DNA of 64,000 bases from an uncultured Bacilli bacterium (GCA_947631205.1 CANRKL010000001.1:4802-68801), one strand, 5' to 3'. Positions 9,049-19,688 are shown, numbered from the stretch's first letter. Made by a program: numbers and translations. The notes: generated from the sequence alone by a model not told the origin.

Positions 9049-9789
9049 ATCTTTTTTAATACTTCTAATTAAAGGCTTTCTTTTTTTTATAAATTGATAG
9101 CTAGTATTTTTGTATAACCTAATTTTTTGACCAATATACTTTATTTTTTGAGCAGTTAAATCATTATCATCATCAAGGTAGTCAATTATCCCAAACAAAA
9201 ATAAACGATTAACTTGGGCATTTAAAGGCTTTTTAAACTTTAAATTAATTTGAAATAATTGTAAAATGATTATCATATTTTTCATTTCTCTTAAAATATT
9301 TTTATTAGTAAAATCAGGATATTTATTATAAAATATATGATATGCCTTAATTAAAGATTGGTCTTCCTCACTCAAAGTTAAAGGTTTAAGATTACTTATA
9401 TTTTTTATTACTTGAAAAACATCTTCTAATTCACAGACTTTAGGATAACCATTAACTTTAAAATTTAAAATATTATTTTCATAAGTATATTCATTATTAT
9501 TTCTATTTTCCTTATAATAAACTAAATTATCATTATCCAAAGTAAGACTAAAACTTACGTTATCTTTAAAATAAGAAATAGATAATAACCTTTTTTCAAA
9601 AGAAGCCAAAATAGTTTTTAAAAAAATAATATTTTTTTTAATATCTTGATGACTTTTTAAATTCATAAAGACATCTAATCTTTCTTTTAATTTATTAGGA
9701 AAAGTTTGATATTCTCCCACAAAACTAATTTTAATTATTCCCATATCTTCATCTAATTTATCTTGATTAAAAGTAAATGTCTTAACCAT
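9037..9789 (-). CDS. Hypothetical protein.
   Basis: The ORF is 250 aa and is convergent with, and slightly overlaps, the upstream gene. No motif was recognised. Confidence 0.45.
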   Translation of the reverse strand: MVKTFTFNQDKLDEDMGIIKISFVGEYQTFPNKLKERLDVFMNLKSHQDIKKNIIFLKTILASFEKRLLSISYFKDNVSFSLTLDNDNLVYYKENRNNNEYTYENNILNFKVNGYPKVCELEDVFQVIKNISNLKPLTLSEEDQSLIKAYHIFYNKYPDFTNKNILREMKNMIIILQLFQINLKFKKPLNAQVNRLFLFGIIDYLDDDNDLTAQKIKYIGQKIRLYKNTSYQFIKKRKPLIRSIKKDLTF

Positions 9790-9890
9790 AGTATCACCTT
9801 GCTAATATATTATATTTCTAATAAAAACATTTGACCTTCTAAACTTGTCATAACTTAATTTTTATTTTATAATGGATTTAGGTGGTTATT

Positions 9891-10445
9891 ATGTATAGTT
9901 ATTTAATCGGAAATGTTACAGGTTATGAAAGCAATTCAATTATTTTAGAAGTAAACAAGATTGGTTATCATATATTTGTTCCAAATCCTTTTAGTTTTAA
10001 AGAAAGTAATGAAGAAAAAGTTTATCTATATCATCATATAAGAGAAGATGAACAAGCCTTTTATGGTTTTAAAACAGTAGAAGAAAAAGATTTGTTCATG
10101 CGTTTAATAAGTGTTAAAGGAGTAGGGCCTAAACTTGTTTTACCAATGCTTGCAACTGGAAGTGTAAAAGGAATAGTTGATGCCATAGATAGAGGAAATA
10201 TTTTATATTTAAAAAAGTTTCCGAAAGTAGGAGATAAAGTTGCTAGACAAATTATTTTAGATTTAAAAGGCAAATTAGCTAGTAGTGAAGATGTAATTAG
10301 TAATAATCATAATGAAGAATTAGCTAGTGTTTTAGAGGGATTAGGTTATAAAAATAATGATATTAAAAAAGTTATTCCAGAAGTAAATGGAGATTTGCCA
10401 ATTGAGTCACAAGTTAAAGAAGCCTTAAAATTACTATTAAAATAG
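9891..10445 (+). CDS. ruvA: Holliday junction branch-migration protein RuvA.
   Basis: It has an OB-fold N-terminus plus a GVGPK helix-hairpin-helix. An AGGTGG RBS sits 6 nt upstream of the ATG at 9891 (the track ORF starts at 9882). Confidence 0.9.
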   Translation: MYSYLIGNVTGYESNSIILEVNKIGYHIFVPNPFSFKESNEEKVYLYHHIREDEQAFYGFKTVEEKDLFMRLISVKGVGPKLVLPMLATGSVKGIVDAIDRGNILYLKKFPKVGDKVARQIILDLKGKLASSEDVISNNHNEELASVLEGLGYKNNDIKKVIPEVNGDLPIESQVKEALKLLLK

Positions 10446-10457
10446 AAAGGAAGTACT

Positions 10458-11465
10458 ATGGAAGAAAGAATTGTAGATGCGTGCAGTAATGAAGAAGAAA
10501 ACAACTTTGAATTATCAATTAGACCTCAAAGTTTAAAAGAATATGTTGGTCAAAAAGAAATAACTGAGAATTTAAGTGTTTTTATTAAAGCCGCGAAAAT
10601 AAGAAATGAGCCATTAGACCATGTTTTACTATATGGTCCTCCAGGACTAGGTAAGACAACCTTATCCCATATTATTGCTAATGAACTGGGAACTAATATT
10701 AAAACAGCTTCTGGTCCATCAATTGAAAAAAGTGGTGACTTAGCAGCCATTTTATCTACGCTAGAACCAGGTGATGTTTTATTTATCGATGAAATCCATC
10801 GAATGCCTAAATATATTGAAGAAATATTGTATCCAGCGATGGAAGATTTTGTAATTGATTTAGTATTAAATAATGATGGAAAATCCCGAACTATTAAAAT
10901 TGATTTACCACCATTTACTTTAGTTGGTGCAACAACACGAGCTGGTGATATTTCAAGTCCTTTAAGAGACCGTTTTGGAATTGTTTCTAAATTAAATTAT
11001 TATAGTGATGATGAATTACTTCAAATAGTTAAAAGAACTAGTAAAGTGCTTGGAATGCCTATTACTGATGAAGCTGGAATGCTTATTGCTACTAGATGTC
11101 GCAAAACGCCAAGAATAGCTAATCGTTTATTTAAAAGAGTAAGAGATTTTGCTCTTGTTAATAATTTAGAAGAAATAGATGCCTCACTAACTGAAGAATC
11201 ATTGCAAAAACTAAAAGTCGATGAAAGTGGCCTTGATGCTATTGATATTGAATATTTAACTAGTTTAATTAAAAAATTTAATGGGGGTCCCGTTGGAGTT
11301 GAAACAATCGCAACAAGTATCGGAGAAGAAGTATCAACTATTGAAGATGTTGTGGAGCCATTTTTATTACAAGAAGGATTTATTAAGCGAACATCAAGAG
11401 GAAGAATGGCTACTGAAAAAAGTTATGAGCACTTAAAAATTGCCCATAATAGTAGTTTATTTTAG
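10458..11465 (+). CDS. ruvB: Holliday junction helicase RuvB.
   Basis: Walker A reads GPPGLGKTT and Walker B reads LFIDEIHR, and the RuvB C-terminal winged helix is present. It lies directly downstream of ruvA. Confidence 0.95.
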   Translation: MEERIVDACSNEEENNFELSIRPQSLKEYVGQKEITENLSVFIKAAKIRNEPLDHVLLYGPPGLGKTTLSHIIANELGTNIKTASGPSIEKSGDLAAILSTLEPGDVLFIDEIHRMPKYIEEILYPAMEDFVIDLVLNNDGKSRTIKIDLPPFTLVGATTRAGDISSPLRDRFGIVSKLNYYSDDELLQIVKRTSKVLGMPITDEAGMLIATRCRKTPRIANRLFKRVRDFALVNNLEEIDASLTEESLQKLKVDESGLDAIDIEYLTSLIKKFNGGPVGVETIATSIGEEVSTIEDVVEPFLLQEGFIKRTSRGRMATEKSYEHLKIAHNSSLF

Positions 11466-11479
11466 GGAGGTATACATAC

Positions 11480-12520
11480 ATGAGTACAGAAGATTTTGAT
11501 TATGAATTGCCTGAAAAATTAATTGCCCAAACACCATTAAAAAATCGTAGTTCATCAAAATTACTAGTGTTAGATAAAGACACTGGTGAAATTAATCATG
11601 AACAATTTAGTGATATTACTAAATATTTACATAGTGGTGATGTTTTAGTTTTAAATAATACTAAAGTTATTCCAGCTAGAATAATTGGGGAAAAAGAAGA
11701 TACAAAAGCTGTCATTGAATTATTATTACTAAAAGATTTAGGAGATGATACTTGGGAATGTTTATCAAGGCCTTTTAAAAGATTACATATTGGCACCAAA
11801 ATTTTATTTAAACATAACCTAGCGGCGACTGTCATTCAAAAAAAAGAAGAAGGAATTGTTTTAGTTAAACTAGAATACAATGGAATATTAATGGAAATAT
11901 TAGATAAATTAGGAGAAATGCCTCTTCCCCCATATATTCATGAAAAATTAGAAGATAAAAATCGTTATCAAACAGTTTATGCTAAGTATTTTGGAAGTGC
12001 CGCAGCTCCCACAGCGGGACTTCACTTTACAAATGAATTACTAGAAAAAATCAAAAATATGAATGTTACTATTCTTTATGTAACATTACACGTTGGACTT
12101 GGAACATTTAGACCTGTTACAGTAAGTGATGTTACAAAACATAATATGCACAGTGAATATTATGAAATAAATGCCCAAACGGCTGATTTACTAAATAAAG
12201 CTAAAGAAGAAAATAGAAGAATAATTGCCGTAGGAACAACATCTACTAGAACCCTAGAAGCTAATATAAGTAAATATCATACTTTTAAAGAAGCTAAAGA
12301 AACAACTAATATTTTTATCTATCCAGGATATAAATTTAAAGCTATAGATTGTTTAATTACTAATTTTCATTTACCAAAAAGTACTTTAATAATGCTTGTA
12401 AGTGCTCTAGCTGGTAAAGATAATATAATGCGTTCATATAAAGAAGCAATTAAAAATAATTATCGTTTTTTCTCATTTGGCGATGCTATGTTTATTAAAA
12501 GTGAAAGGAATGTTAAATAA
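11480..12520 (+). CDS. queA: S-adenosylmethionine:tRNA ribosyltransferase-isomerase QueA.
   Basis: The N-terminal [15 protein letters not shown] matches QueA, and it sits in the ruvAB-queA synteny. Confidence 0.9.
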   Translation: MSTEDFDYELPEKLIAQTPLKNRSSSKLLVLDKDTGEINHEQFSDITKYLHSGDVLVLNNTKVIPARIIGEKEDTKAVIELLLLKDLGDDTWECLSRPFKRLHIGTKILFKHNLAATVIQKKEEGIVLVKLEYNGILMEILDKLGEMPLPPYIHEKLEDKNRYQTVYAKYFGSAAAPTAGLHFTNELLEKIKNMNVTILYVTLHVGLGTFRPVTVSDVTKHNMHSEYYEINAQTADLLNKAKEENRRIIAVGTTSTRTLEANISKYHTFKEAKETTNIFIYPGYKFKAIDCLITNFHLPKSTLIMLVSALAGKDNIMRSYKEAIKNNYRFFSFGDAMFIKSERNVK

Positions 12521-13488
12521 TGTTAATAAAAGAATTTAAAAGAGAATTAGACAAATACAATAAAAAAGAAATTATTGAAATAGCTTCTTTCTTATATAAA
12601 AAAATTCCTAAGAAACTTAAAGAAGAAAGTGAAATAGATAATTATATAATTGATATTAATAATAAAAATGTTAAAAGTAGTGAAGAAGAACTAACAATGG
12701 AAGATTTACAAAAAAAATTAGATTACTTTTTAGAGTGTGTTGATAATGGTTATTATGCTTCTCCTAACCGAATTATTCCCAAAAGTGCCCGAAGCAAATG
12801 GAGGTTTCAAGTTAAAAAATATTATAAAATGCTAAATAAATATCCTATAGATTCTTCTGATGGACTAATAGCAACTTATTATTTAATTCAATTGTTTAAA
12901 AAATTAAGTATTGGAACAGGAAGGTTACTTTTTTCTTCACGGAATACTTTTGGGGCTGTCGGAGTAAATCAAACATTATTTTATGAAAATATAGTTAAAC
13001 GCATTTTATACCAAGTTAAAAATGAAAATAATATTAAAAAATGTATAAGTTTACTATATGTTCCAAGGGACATTGATGAATTTGAAAGTTTCATGTATGA
13101 TGTTTTAATATCATCATTAAATACTAACGAAGAAAGACAAATAGCTATTAAATTATTAAGTGAAAATGTAGATTTAAATACTAATAAAATGGTTAAAGTT
13201 AAAACATATCAAGATGAATATAATTTAAAAACACAAATAAATAGCGATACTTATGGAATAGTTTCTCTATATTTTGATATGGGAAAAATAGAAGAAGGAT
13301 TAAAATATTATCATAAACATAGTATAGAAAATAATGAAGAAGAAAAAGAATACATTATTTTGGAAATATTAGAGATAAGAGAAGAGTATGAATGGTGGAT
13401 AAAAGAATATGATTCTCATAAAATTGTTTATCGAAAGTCCTTAAAAGAAAATTATATAAAATTTAAAAAATTGTTAGAAAATGAATAA
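12520..13488 (+). CDS. Hypothetical protein, start-stop coupled to queA.
   Basis: The ORF is 322 aa and no motif was recognised. Its ATG overlaps the queA stop (ATAATG). Confidence 0.5.
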   Translation: MLIKEFKRELDKYNKKEIIEIASFLYKKIPKKLKEESEIDNYIIDINNKNVKSSEEELTMEDLQKKLDYFLECVDNGYYASPNRIIPKSARSKWRFQVKKYYKMLNKYPIDSSDGLIATYYLIQLFKKLSIGTGRLLFSSRNTFGAVGVNQTLFYENIVKRILYQVKNENNIKKCISLLYVPRDIDEFESFMYDVLISSLNTNEERQIAIKLLSENVDLNTNKMVKVKTYQDEYNLKTQINSDTYGIVSLYFDMGKIEEGLKYYHKHSIENNEEEKEYIILEILEIREEYEWWIKEYDSHKIVYRKSLKENYIKFKKLLENE

Positions 13489-13547
13489 TTTTAGTTTATC
13501 TTTTTAGATAAGATATGTTACAATGTAAAGCAGAAAGTAGAGTATAT

Positions 13548-14417
13548 ATGGAAAATAAAGAATGTCTAAAATTGTTAATCCAAAAATATCCTAATTTGAG
13601 TGCTTTAAAAGTTAGCAATCATTTTTTGACATGGCAAGATAAAACAGTAAACTTAGAAATGATTAATGTATATTCCTTTTTAAAAGCTAATAAAAATTTA
13701 GTTTCTAATTTAAGTAAAATAACTAGTGAAGACTTTATAAATATATTAAATATTCATCATAAATCTCTTGAACTTCAAAATGACTTAAGTCAAATTAAAC
13801 TTTTTGAAAATAATTTTTTAATTAAAAATATTCGTCTAATATCTCGCTTTGCCGAAGATGGATTATTAAAAAATTATATCTATATAATAGATGTTGAAGA
13901 TAAATCATATATTATTTTAAATAATTCTACGGTTGATATAAATAAAATATATGATTATTTAGCTAAGAAAAATTTTGGCAATGTATTAATTAATAACTTG
14001 ATTAAGGAAATTAATAATGAAGAAGACTTAAAAAAATCCTTATCTATAGATAAATATTTTGCCATGCTTAAAAGTGATAATCTAACTGTAGAAGAGTTAA
14101 ATAAAATGCAAGAATTAGAAAGTTTATTAAAAGATATGTATTATTACCAAGATTGCCTGCTTTCAAGTAACTATCAATTAGTCGAGTATTATTTTAATAC
14201 ATTAGACCAAATAAATAAAGAGTATTATAAGACTGATAATGAAATAAATGCCTTAAATAGAGTGTATAATAATTTATCAAGATTAAAACTAGAAAGACCA
14301 TTAGAACTAACTAGAAAAAAATCTCAAAACAGCGGTTTTTTAAATATTGTATTACTCATATTATTAGTTATAATTTTAACAATTAGTTTATGTTGTTGGT
14401 TATGGAGGAGCAAATGA
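13548..14417 (+). CDS. Hypothetical tail-anchored membrane protein.
   Basis: There is a C-terminal hydrophobic helix (LLILLVIILTISLCCWLW). The start was set at the second ATG because TGTTACAAT at 13516-13524 looks like an extended -10 that overlaps the first ATG. Confidence 0.45.
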   Translation: MENKECLKLLIQKYPNLSALKVSNHFLTWQDKTVNLEMINVYSFLKANKNLVSNLSKITSEDFINILNIHHKSLELQNDLSQIKLFENNFLIKNIRLISRFAEDGLLKNYIYIIDVEDKSYIILNNSTVDINKIYDYLAKKNFGNVLINNLIKEINNEEDLKKSLSIDKYFAMLKSDNLTVEELNKMQELESLLKDMYYYQDCLLSSNYQLVEYYFNTLDQINKEYYKTDNEINALNRVYNNLSRLKLERPLELTRKKSQNSGFLNIVLLILLVIILTISLCCWLWRSK

Positions 14418-15421
14418 AAAAAGTTTTAATTATAATTATTTGTTTATGTTGTCTAACAGCTTGTAAGAAAAATGAAGAAGTAAAAAATGAAATTACAGAA
14501 AATAATTCATCATATACTTTAGAATTACAAGGATTAGATAAAATTGAACTTGCCTATGGTGAAAAATATGAAGAACCAGGATTTATTGCCAAAGATAGTG
14601 ATGGTAATGATATAACTGACCAAGTTATTGTAAATAGTGATATTAAAAAAACACCAGGCGAATATAAAGTAACATATCAAATTACAGATACCGATATTAC
14701 TAAAACCAGAATTGTTACTGTAAATCCCGTAGAAGTAAGCGAAAATGCCACATATATTCCTGTCTTAATGTACCACTACTTTTATGATGATGAAAATGGT
14801 GAGGTTGCAAGTGATGCCAATCATCTAGCTAAGAGTGATTTTATTGCTCAATTAGAATATCTTAAAGAAAATAATTATTACTATCCAACAATGCAAGAAT
14901 TAAAAGATTATCTTGATGGTAAAATAATGTTGCCTAAAAAAAGTATTATTTTAACAATGGATGATGGCAATGAAAGTAATTACCGAATTGCCTATCCTTT
15001 AGCGCTTAAATATGAAATACCAATAGTTTGGTTTGTTGTAACTAGTTGGACAGACCCTAATTTACCATACCAACAAGAAATAATTAATTCTGGATATGTA
15101 ACTATGGAAAGTCACACGCATGATATGCACAAATCCGGTTGTAGTGGAATGGGGCATGGAGGATATTTTCAATGCGTTGATGATGAAACTGGCCTAAAAG
15201 ACCTTCAAACTTCTAAAGAAATGCTTAAAACAGCTATTAGTTTAGCTTATCCTTTTGGCGATTACAATGACCACACCAAAGACTTATTAAAAAAAGCTGG
15301 ATATTCACTAGCTTTCACAACAGAATGGGGAGTAGTAAAAAGAGGAATGGACCCATATCAATTACCACGAATAAGAATCAGTGCTGGCTCCTCACTACAA
15401 ACATTTATTGATTCTATTTAA
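14414..15421 (+). CDS. Polysaccharide deacetylase (NodB-homology, CE4) lipoprotein.
   Basis: The lipobox LTAC follows a signal peptide. The TMDDG motif and the His-containing NodB motifs are present. Confidence 0.75.
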   Translation: MKKVLIIIICLCCLTACKKNEEVKNEITENNSSYTLELQGLDKIELAYGEKYEEPGFIAKDSDGNDITDQVIVNSDIKKTPGEYKVTYQITDTDITKTRIVTVNPVEVSENATYIPVLMYHYFYDDENGEVASDANHLAKSDFIAQLEYLKENNYYYPTMQELKDYLDGKIMLPKKSIILTMDDGNESNYRIAYPLALKYEIPIVWFVVTSWTDPNLPYQQEIINSGYVTMESHTHDMHKSGCSGMGHGGYFQCVDDETGLKDLQTSKEMLKTAISLAYPFGDYNDHTKDLLKKAGYSLAFTTEWGVVKRGMDPYQLPRIRISAGSSLQTFIDSI

Positions 15422-15494
15422 AATACAAATTCCGACATATTATGTATATTTTTCCAAAAATTCTCCAAACTATTACTGGAAAGGAGAATTTTTT

Positions 15495-16226
15495 ATGTTA
15501 AAAAACTTAAAAATGACTATGTTAGTTATGCTAGTCTTATCAATATTTACTATTTTTAATGTTAATGCTGAATCAAAAACAGTTACCAGTGAAACTGAAT
15601 TAAAAGAAGCATTACAAAATGAAAGTATTGATGAAATTATTTTAGGAAATGACATTGAAACTACTTCTAAAATCAATGTTTTGCGTCCCGTAACTATTGA
15701 TGGAAAAAATCATACAATAAAATACGTTGGAACTTTTAAAGGTGGTAAAGATAACACAGTTTGGGATGGTATTTATGTAATCCAAGTTTATAAAACCACT
15801 GCGACAATCAAAGATATTAAACTAACTGGTGGTAATGCTGCTTTATTAATTAATGGTTCTAATGTCCGCTTAGAGGGAACTATTGATGTTTCTGGAAATG
15901 GTTTTGGTGGAATTGAACTTGGTCGTGGTAGTGGAGTAGAAACAGTACCAGAAGTTGAAATGAATGATGATACAAATTTAGTAAATGATACTGAAACCGC
16001 TTCTAAACCATCACTTTGGGTACCAAGTGACACTGAAGAAGCTATAGTAGAATACAATGGAGTAGAACATAAATTTGAAGCTGGTGAAGAATTTTCTTTA
16101 ACTGTTTTAGAAAATATATTAGACCCAGTAAATCCTGCAACTAGTGATTCTATTACAATAAGTATTATTCTATCATTAATTAGTTTGATGACTATTATCT
16201 ATGGCTATCAAAAAATTCATAATTAG
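15495..16226 (+). CDS. Secreted right-handed beta-helix-like surface protein with a C-terminal membrane anchor.
   Basis: It has a signal peptide. The segment ELKEALQN..IILGNDI..VTIDGKNHTI is typical of pectate-lyase-fold adhesins. The C-terminal TM is ISIILSLISLMTIIYG. The AAGGAG RBS is 8 nt from the ATG at 15495. Confidence 0.5.
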   Translation: MLKNLKMTMLVMLVLSIFTIFNVNAESKTVTSETELKEALQNESIDEIILGNDIETTSKINVLRPVTIDGKNHTIKYVGTFKGGKDNTVWDGIYVIQVYKTTATIKDIKLTGGNAALLINGSNVRLEGTIDVSGNGFGGIELGRGSGVETVPEVEMNDDTNLVNDTETASKPSLWVPSDTEEAIVEYNGVEHKFEAGEEFSLTVLENILDPVNPATSDSITISIILSLISLMTIIYGYQKIHN

Positions 16227-16249
16227 CAAGTGTTAATCACTTGTTTTTT
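16227..16249 (+). terminator. Rho-independent terminator.
   Basis: CAAGTG-ttaat-CACTTG followed by TTTTTT. Confidence 0.6.
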
Positions 16250-16253
16250 AAAC

Positions 16254-16270
16254 TGTCAAAAATGTGTCAA
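16254..16270 (+). promoter_or_regulatory. Direct-repeat box TGTCAA-N5-TGTCAA (OmpR/WalR-type response-regulator site geometry) upstream of a tasA-like gene.
   Basis: The hexamers are spaced 11 bp centre to centre. A near-identical copy lies at 17000-17016. Confidence 0.35.
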
Positions 16271-16357
16271 TTTTTATTAAAAACTTCAGAATAAATTGAA
16301 CTACTACCTCATTATGCGATATCATTGTAGTAAATAAAATGGAGAGGAAAAGATAAA

Positions 16358-16966
16358 ATGGAAAAAGAAAATAAATCAAATGAAAGTATTAAAAATGTAA
16401 CCATAGGAATAATTGGAGTCATTGCTTTAGTAATAACAACTGTAGGTATTACTTATGCAGTATGGACATCTAATGCCTCTCAAGTAACTCAAAATGCTAT
16501 TACTGTTGGTTGTGTTAATGTAACCTTAGCTGATGAAAGTGATGACATAACAATTAGTGAAGCTTATCCTATTAGTGATGGACAAGGAAAACAGCTTAAG
16601 CCTTACAAATTTACTGTAAAAAATAATTGTAAGTTTAGTGCAACTTATAAAGTAACCTTAGAAAAGTTAAGTGGTTCAAATTTAGACCCAAAATATGTAA
16701 AAGTCTTATTAAGTAATCAAGGGGAAGCAACAACTAATTTAGAAGCCAAAGCATTAATAACTTCGAATTATCCATCATCAGAGCCATATGTTACCGCTGG
16801 AGCCACAGCTGGTTTTCAGTTATTAACAAATCAAACATTAGAAGCAAGTGCTACCAAAGCTTATGATTTACGTTTATGGCTTGATACTTCTGCTCCATCA
16901 TCAATTGGTAATCAAGTATTTAATTCTAAAATTGTTGTTAAAGCTGTCCCAACTAATCAAAAATAA
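16358..16966 (+). CDS. Short TasA/camelysin-like secreted protein with a SipW-cognate-type signal peptide.
   Basis: The TM is followed by TYAVWTSNAS, then ITVGCVNVTL, AYPISDGQGKQLKP and YDLRLWLD. These motifs are shared with the other three paralogs. Confidence 0.6.
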   Translation: MEKENKSNESIKNVTIGIIGVIALVITTVGITYAVWTSNASQVTQNAITVGCVNVTLADESDDITISEAYPISDGQGKQLKPYKFTVKNNCKFSATYKVTLEKLSGSNLDPKYVKVLLSNQGEATTNLEAKALITSNYPSSEPYVTAGATAGFQLLTNQTLEASATKAYDLRLWLDTSAPSSIGNQVFNSKIVVKAVPTNQK

Positions 16967-16973
16967 AATATGA

Positions 16974-16998
16974 CTATTACTTCGGTAATAGTTTTTAA
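16974..16998 (+). terminator. Rho-independent terminator.
   Basis: ACTATTAC-ttcg-GTAATAGT followed by TTTTT. Confidence 0.6.
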
Positions 16999-16999
16999 A

Positions 17000-17016
17000 T
17001 GTCAAAAATATGTCAA
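17000..17016 (+). promoter_or_regulatory. Second copy of the TGTCAA-N5-TGTCAA box, abutting the putative -35 of the next gene.
   Basis: TGTCAAAAATATGTCAA differs by one base from the copy at 16254-16270. A putative extended -10 TGTTACAAT lies at 17036-17044. Confidence 0.35.
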
Positions 17017-17072
17017 CTAGACAATATCTTAAAAAAATGTTACAATTAATTCTTCTATAGGAGCTGATAAAA

Positions 17073-17606
17073 ATGGAAGAAACATATGGATTAGTTATTA
17101 AAAGAAAAAAAGAGGAAATATATGGTTTTCCAATGCCTTTAAAAGAAATAGACAAACTAACTACTACTTATTCGGAAAATGAATTATTAAAACAAATTGA
17201 AGAAGCTAATATTATACCTAATTTAAAAGAAAGTAATCCAGAATTTGCTATTGCAATTAAAAAAAATAATAAATGGTTAGTTGTTAAAAAAACACCAATT
17301 ATTACTGATTCATTTATAATTAACTATAATCCTCTTGATGTAATAAAAACAAATCCTCTATATTATATGAGTTTTTTATATAGCTCACTAAATTACTATT
17401 TGCAAAAAGATTATCCCAAAGAAACATTTAAAAAAGCAATAAACTCCTTAAAAAGTACTTTCCAAGATTTTAGTAATAACTATCAAAATCTAAGCTATGA
17501 AGAAAAAAGAATTATCAAGTGTGAATTAGCAAATAAATTTGATATTAAACAAATCCTTATAAATAATGAGACATTAAAACTTACTAAAGAAGAAGAACTA
17601 AAATAA
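17073..17606 (+). CDS. Hypothetical protein.
   Basis: The ORF is 177 aa and no motif was recognised. Confidence 0.45.
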   Translation: MEETYGLVIKRKKEEIYGFPMPLKEIDKLTTTYSENELLKQIEEANIIPNLKESNPEFAIAIKKNNKWLVVKKTPIITDSFIINYNPLDVIKTNPLYYMSFLYSSLNYYLQKDYPKETFKKAINSLKSTFQDFSNNYQNLSYEEKRIIKCELANKFDIKQILINNETLKLTKEEELK

Positions 17607-17644
17607 TCTTTTTCTTTTTTCATATAATTTTATAGGTGATTTAA

Positions 17645-17887
17645 GTGAATCTTTATCAAACTATGCAAAAATTTTTATTAGATAAAAATTATTATTTAGA
17701 TATATGGGATACTTATATTCATGTCTATAATTTTATTGATATTGAAACATTAAATGAAAAATTAATTGTTCTAAATATGGAAAATTTTAAATTAGAAATA
17801 ACAGGTGAAGATTTTCGTGTTTTAAAACTAACTAAAAAAGAAATTTTAATTGAAGGCATCTTAAACAATGTGAGGATAAATAGATGA
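17645..17887 (+). CDS. yqfC: Sporulation protein YqfC.
   Basis: The LEITGEDFRVLKLTKKEILIEGILNNVRI pattern matches the YqfC family, and the yqfC-yqfD synteny is preserved. Confidence 0.7.
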   Translation: MNLYQTMQKFLLDKNYYLDIWDTYIHVYNFIDIETLNEKLIVLNMENFKLEITGEDFRVLKLTKKEILIEGILNNVRINR

Positions 17888-19002
17888 ATTATTTATGGTT
17901 AAAAATTAATAAAAAGTATAAAAATCGTCTCTTAATTAAATGTTATAAGAAAAAAATTACAGTATATGATACCAAAGAAGATAATAGTTTTATATATCTT
18001 AAAATTAGTAGTGAGGACTATAAAACATTTCAAAAATCAATAATATTTAAATACCAAGTTATTGGAGGGTGTGGTCCTAATAAAATTAAAAGTATTTTAA
18101 AAAAATACCATATCTTTTTCTTTTCTCTAATAGTTGTTTTCATTATTTTCTTTTTTCTTACCCATATAATGACTAAAGTAATTGTTATTCATTCTAATAA
18201 AGAAATAAGAGAACTAGTTACAAAATCTTTAAAAGAAAAAGGAATTAAAGAAAATAGTTTTAAAAAAAGCTATCAAGAAATTCAAAAAATTAAAGAAGAA
18301 ATATTAAATCTTTATCCAACTAAACTTGAATGGTTAGAAATAGAAGTAAAAGGAATGAATTATATTGTACGAGTAGAAGAAAGAAAAATAAAAGAAGAAG
18401 AAGTAGAAAAAGATAGATGTAATATAATTGCTACCAAAGATGCCATAATAAAAAAAATAATTTATTCAAAAGGAGAAGCTATTGTTGAAGCTAATGATTA
18501 TGTTAAAAAAGGTGATATTTTAATATCTGGAGTTTTAAAAAAAGATGAAGAAGAAAAAGGAGTAGTATGCGCAAGTGGAAAAGTATTAGGAGAAGTTTGG
18601 TATAAAATAACTTTAAATATTCCTAAAGTAAAAGAAATAACAGAACCTACTGGTAAAAAAAGATGGAATTTAAAACTTAGCAATAATACATATAATGATT
18701 TAATATTTAAAAGTAGACTAGATAATTATCAAACAGAAGAACACCATTTATTTACTCTATTTGGAAGTACTTTATCTTTTGTAGTCCAAAAAGAAATTAC
18801 AAAAAAAACAGTTACACTTTCTAATGAAGAATTAAAACAAATTGCCGAAGATGAAATTAAAGATAAACTAAATATTAAAGATGATGAAGATAAAGAAATA
18901 ATTGATAAAAAAATTTTAACTGAAGAAATTAATGATGATAATTTAACTATGGAGTTTTTTGTGGTCGTCTTAGAAAAAATTAGTCAAAGTATTGAATTTT
19001 AA
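17884..19002 (+). CDS. yqfD: Sporulation protein YqfD-like (stage IV).
   Basis: It has the expected size and a single TM near residues 75-95. It is translationally coupled after yqfC and lies in the yqfCD-ybeY-era-recO synteny. Confidence 0.6.
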   Translation: MNYLWLKINKKYKNRLLIKCYKKKITVYDTKEDNSFIYLKISSEDYKTFQKSIIFKYQVIGGCGPNKIKSILKKYHIFFFSLIVVFIIFFFLTHIMTKVIVIHSNKEIRELVTKSLKEKGIKENSFKKSYQEIQKIKEEILNLYPTKLEWLEIEVKGMNYIVRVEERKIKEEEVEKDRCNIIATKDAIIKKIIYSKGEAIVEANDYVKKGDILISGVLKKDEEEKGVVCASGKVLGEVWYKITLNIPKVKEITEPTGKKRWNLKLSNNTYNDLIFKSRLDNYQTEEHHLFTLFGSTLSFVVQKEITKKTVTLSNEELKQIAEDEIKDKLNIKDDEDKEIIDKKILTEEINDDNLTMEFFVVVLEKISQSIEF

Positions 19003-19070
19003 ATTTGCCAAAACTAAGAATTAATAGTACAATATAAATTAAGAAACAAAAGAATAGAAGTGGTGATAAA

Positions 19071-19688
19071 ATGGAAATAAAGATTTTAACTGAGACATTA
19101 GAAAATATTTGGCCTATGCTTACTATCTTTTTAGTTGTTATAATAGCTATGCGTATTACATCTATCAAAGTTAAAAATGAAAAATTTGTTTTCTATCGTG
19201 AATTTATGAATTTAATATTCATTATCTATGCAATGCTTTTATTCCAATTACTTACTGATACAGAGCTAAATACTTCTAGTGGAATTAATTTAGTTCCATT
19301 TACCGAAATAATGCGTTATAAAATGGGTACAGATGCCTTTAAATTAAATGTAATTGGCAATATATTAATCTTTTTACCATTTGGTTACTTTGTTTCTAAT
19401 TATGTAAAAGCCAATAAAATAAGCCATATTTTAATTATAAGTGTCATAACTTCTTTTACTGTTGAGTTTGTTCAGCATTACATCGGAAGAAGTTTTGACA
19501 TTGATGATATTTTGCTAAATGTTGTTGGTTCTATTTTAGGATTTTTACTTTACATTGCCTTAAATGCTATAGAAAAACATTTACCAAGATTTTTTAGAAG
19601 TGAAATGTTTTATAATATAATTTGTATTGTTTTATTTGCAGTATTTATGGTATACTTTACAAGAATTATTGGTTTAGGGTGGTTTTAA
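19071..19688 (+). CDS. VanZ-like membrane protein.
   Basis: It has multiple TM helices and a VanZ-family-like composition. The identification is weak. Confidence 0.5.
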   Translation: MEIKILTETLENIWPMLTIFLVVIIAMRITSIKVKNEKFVFYREFMNLIFIIYAMLLFQLLTDTELNTSSGINLVPFTEIMRYKMGTDAFKLNVIGNILIFLPFGYFVSNYVKANKISHILIISVITSFTVEFVQHYIGRSFDIDDILLNVVGSILGFLLYIALNAIEKHLPRFFRSEMFYNIICIVLFAVFMVYFTRIIGLGWF

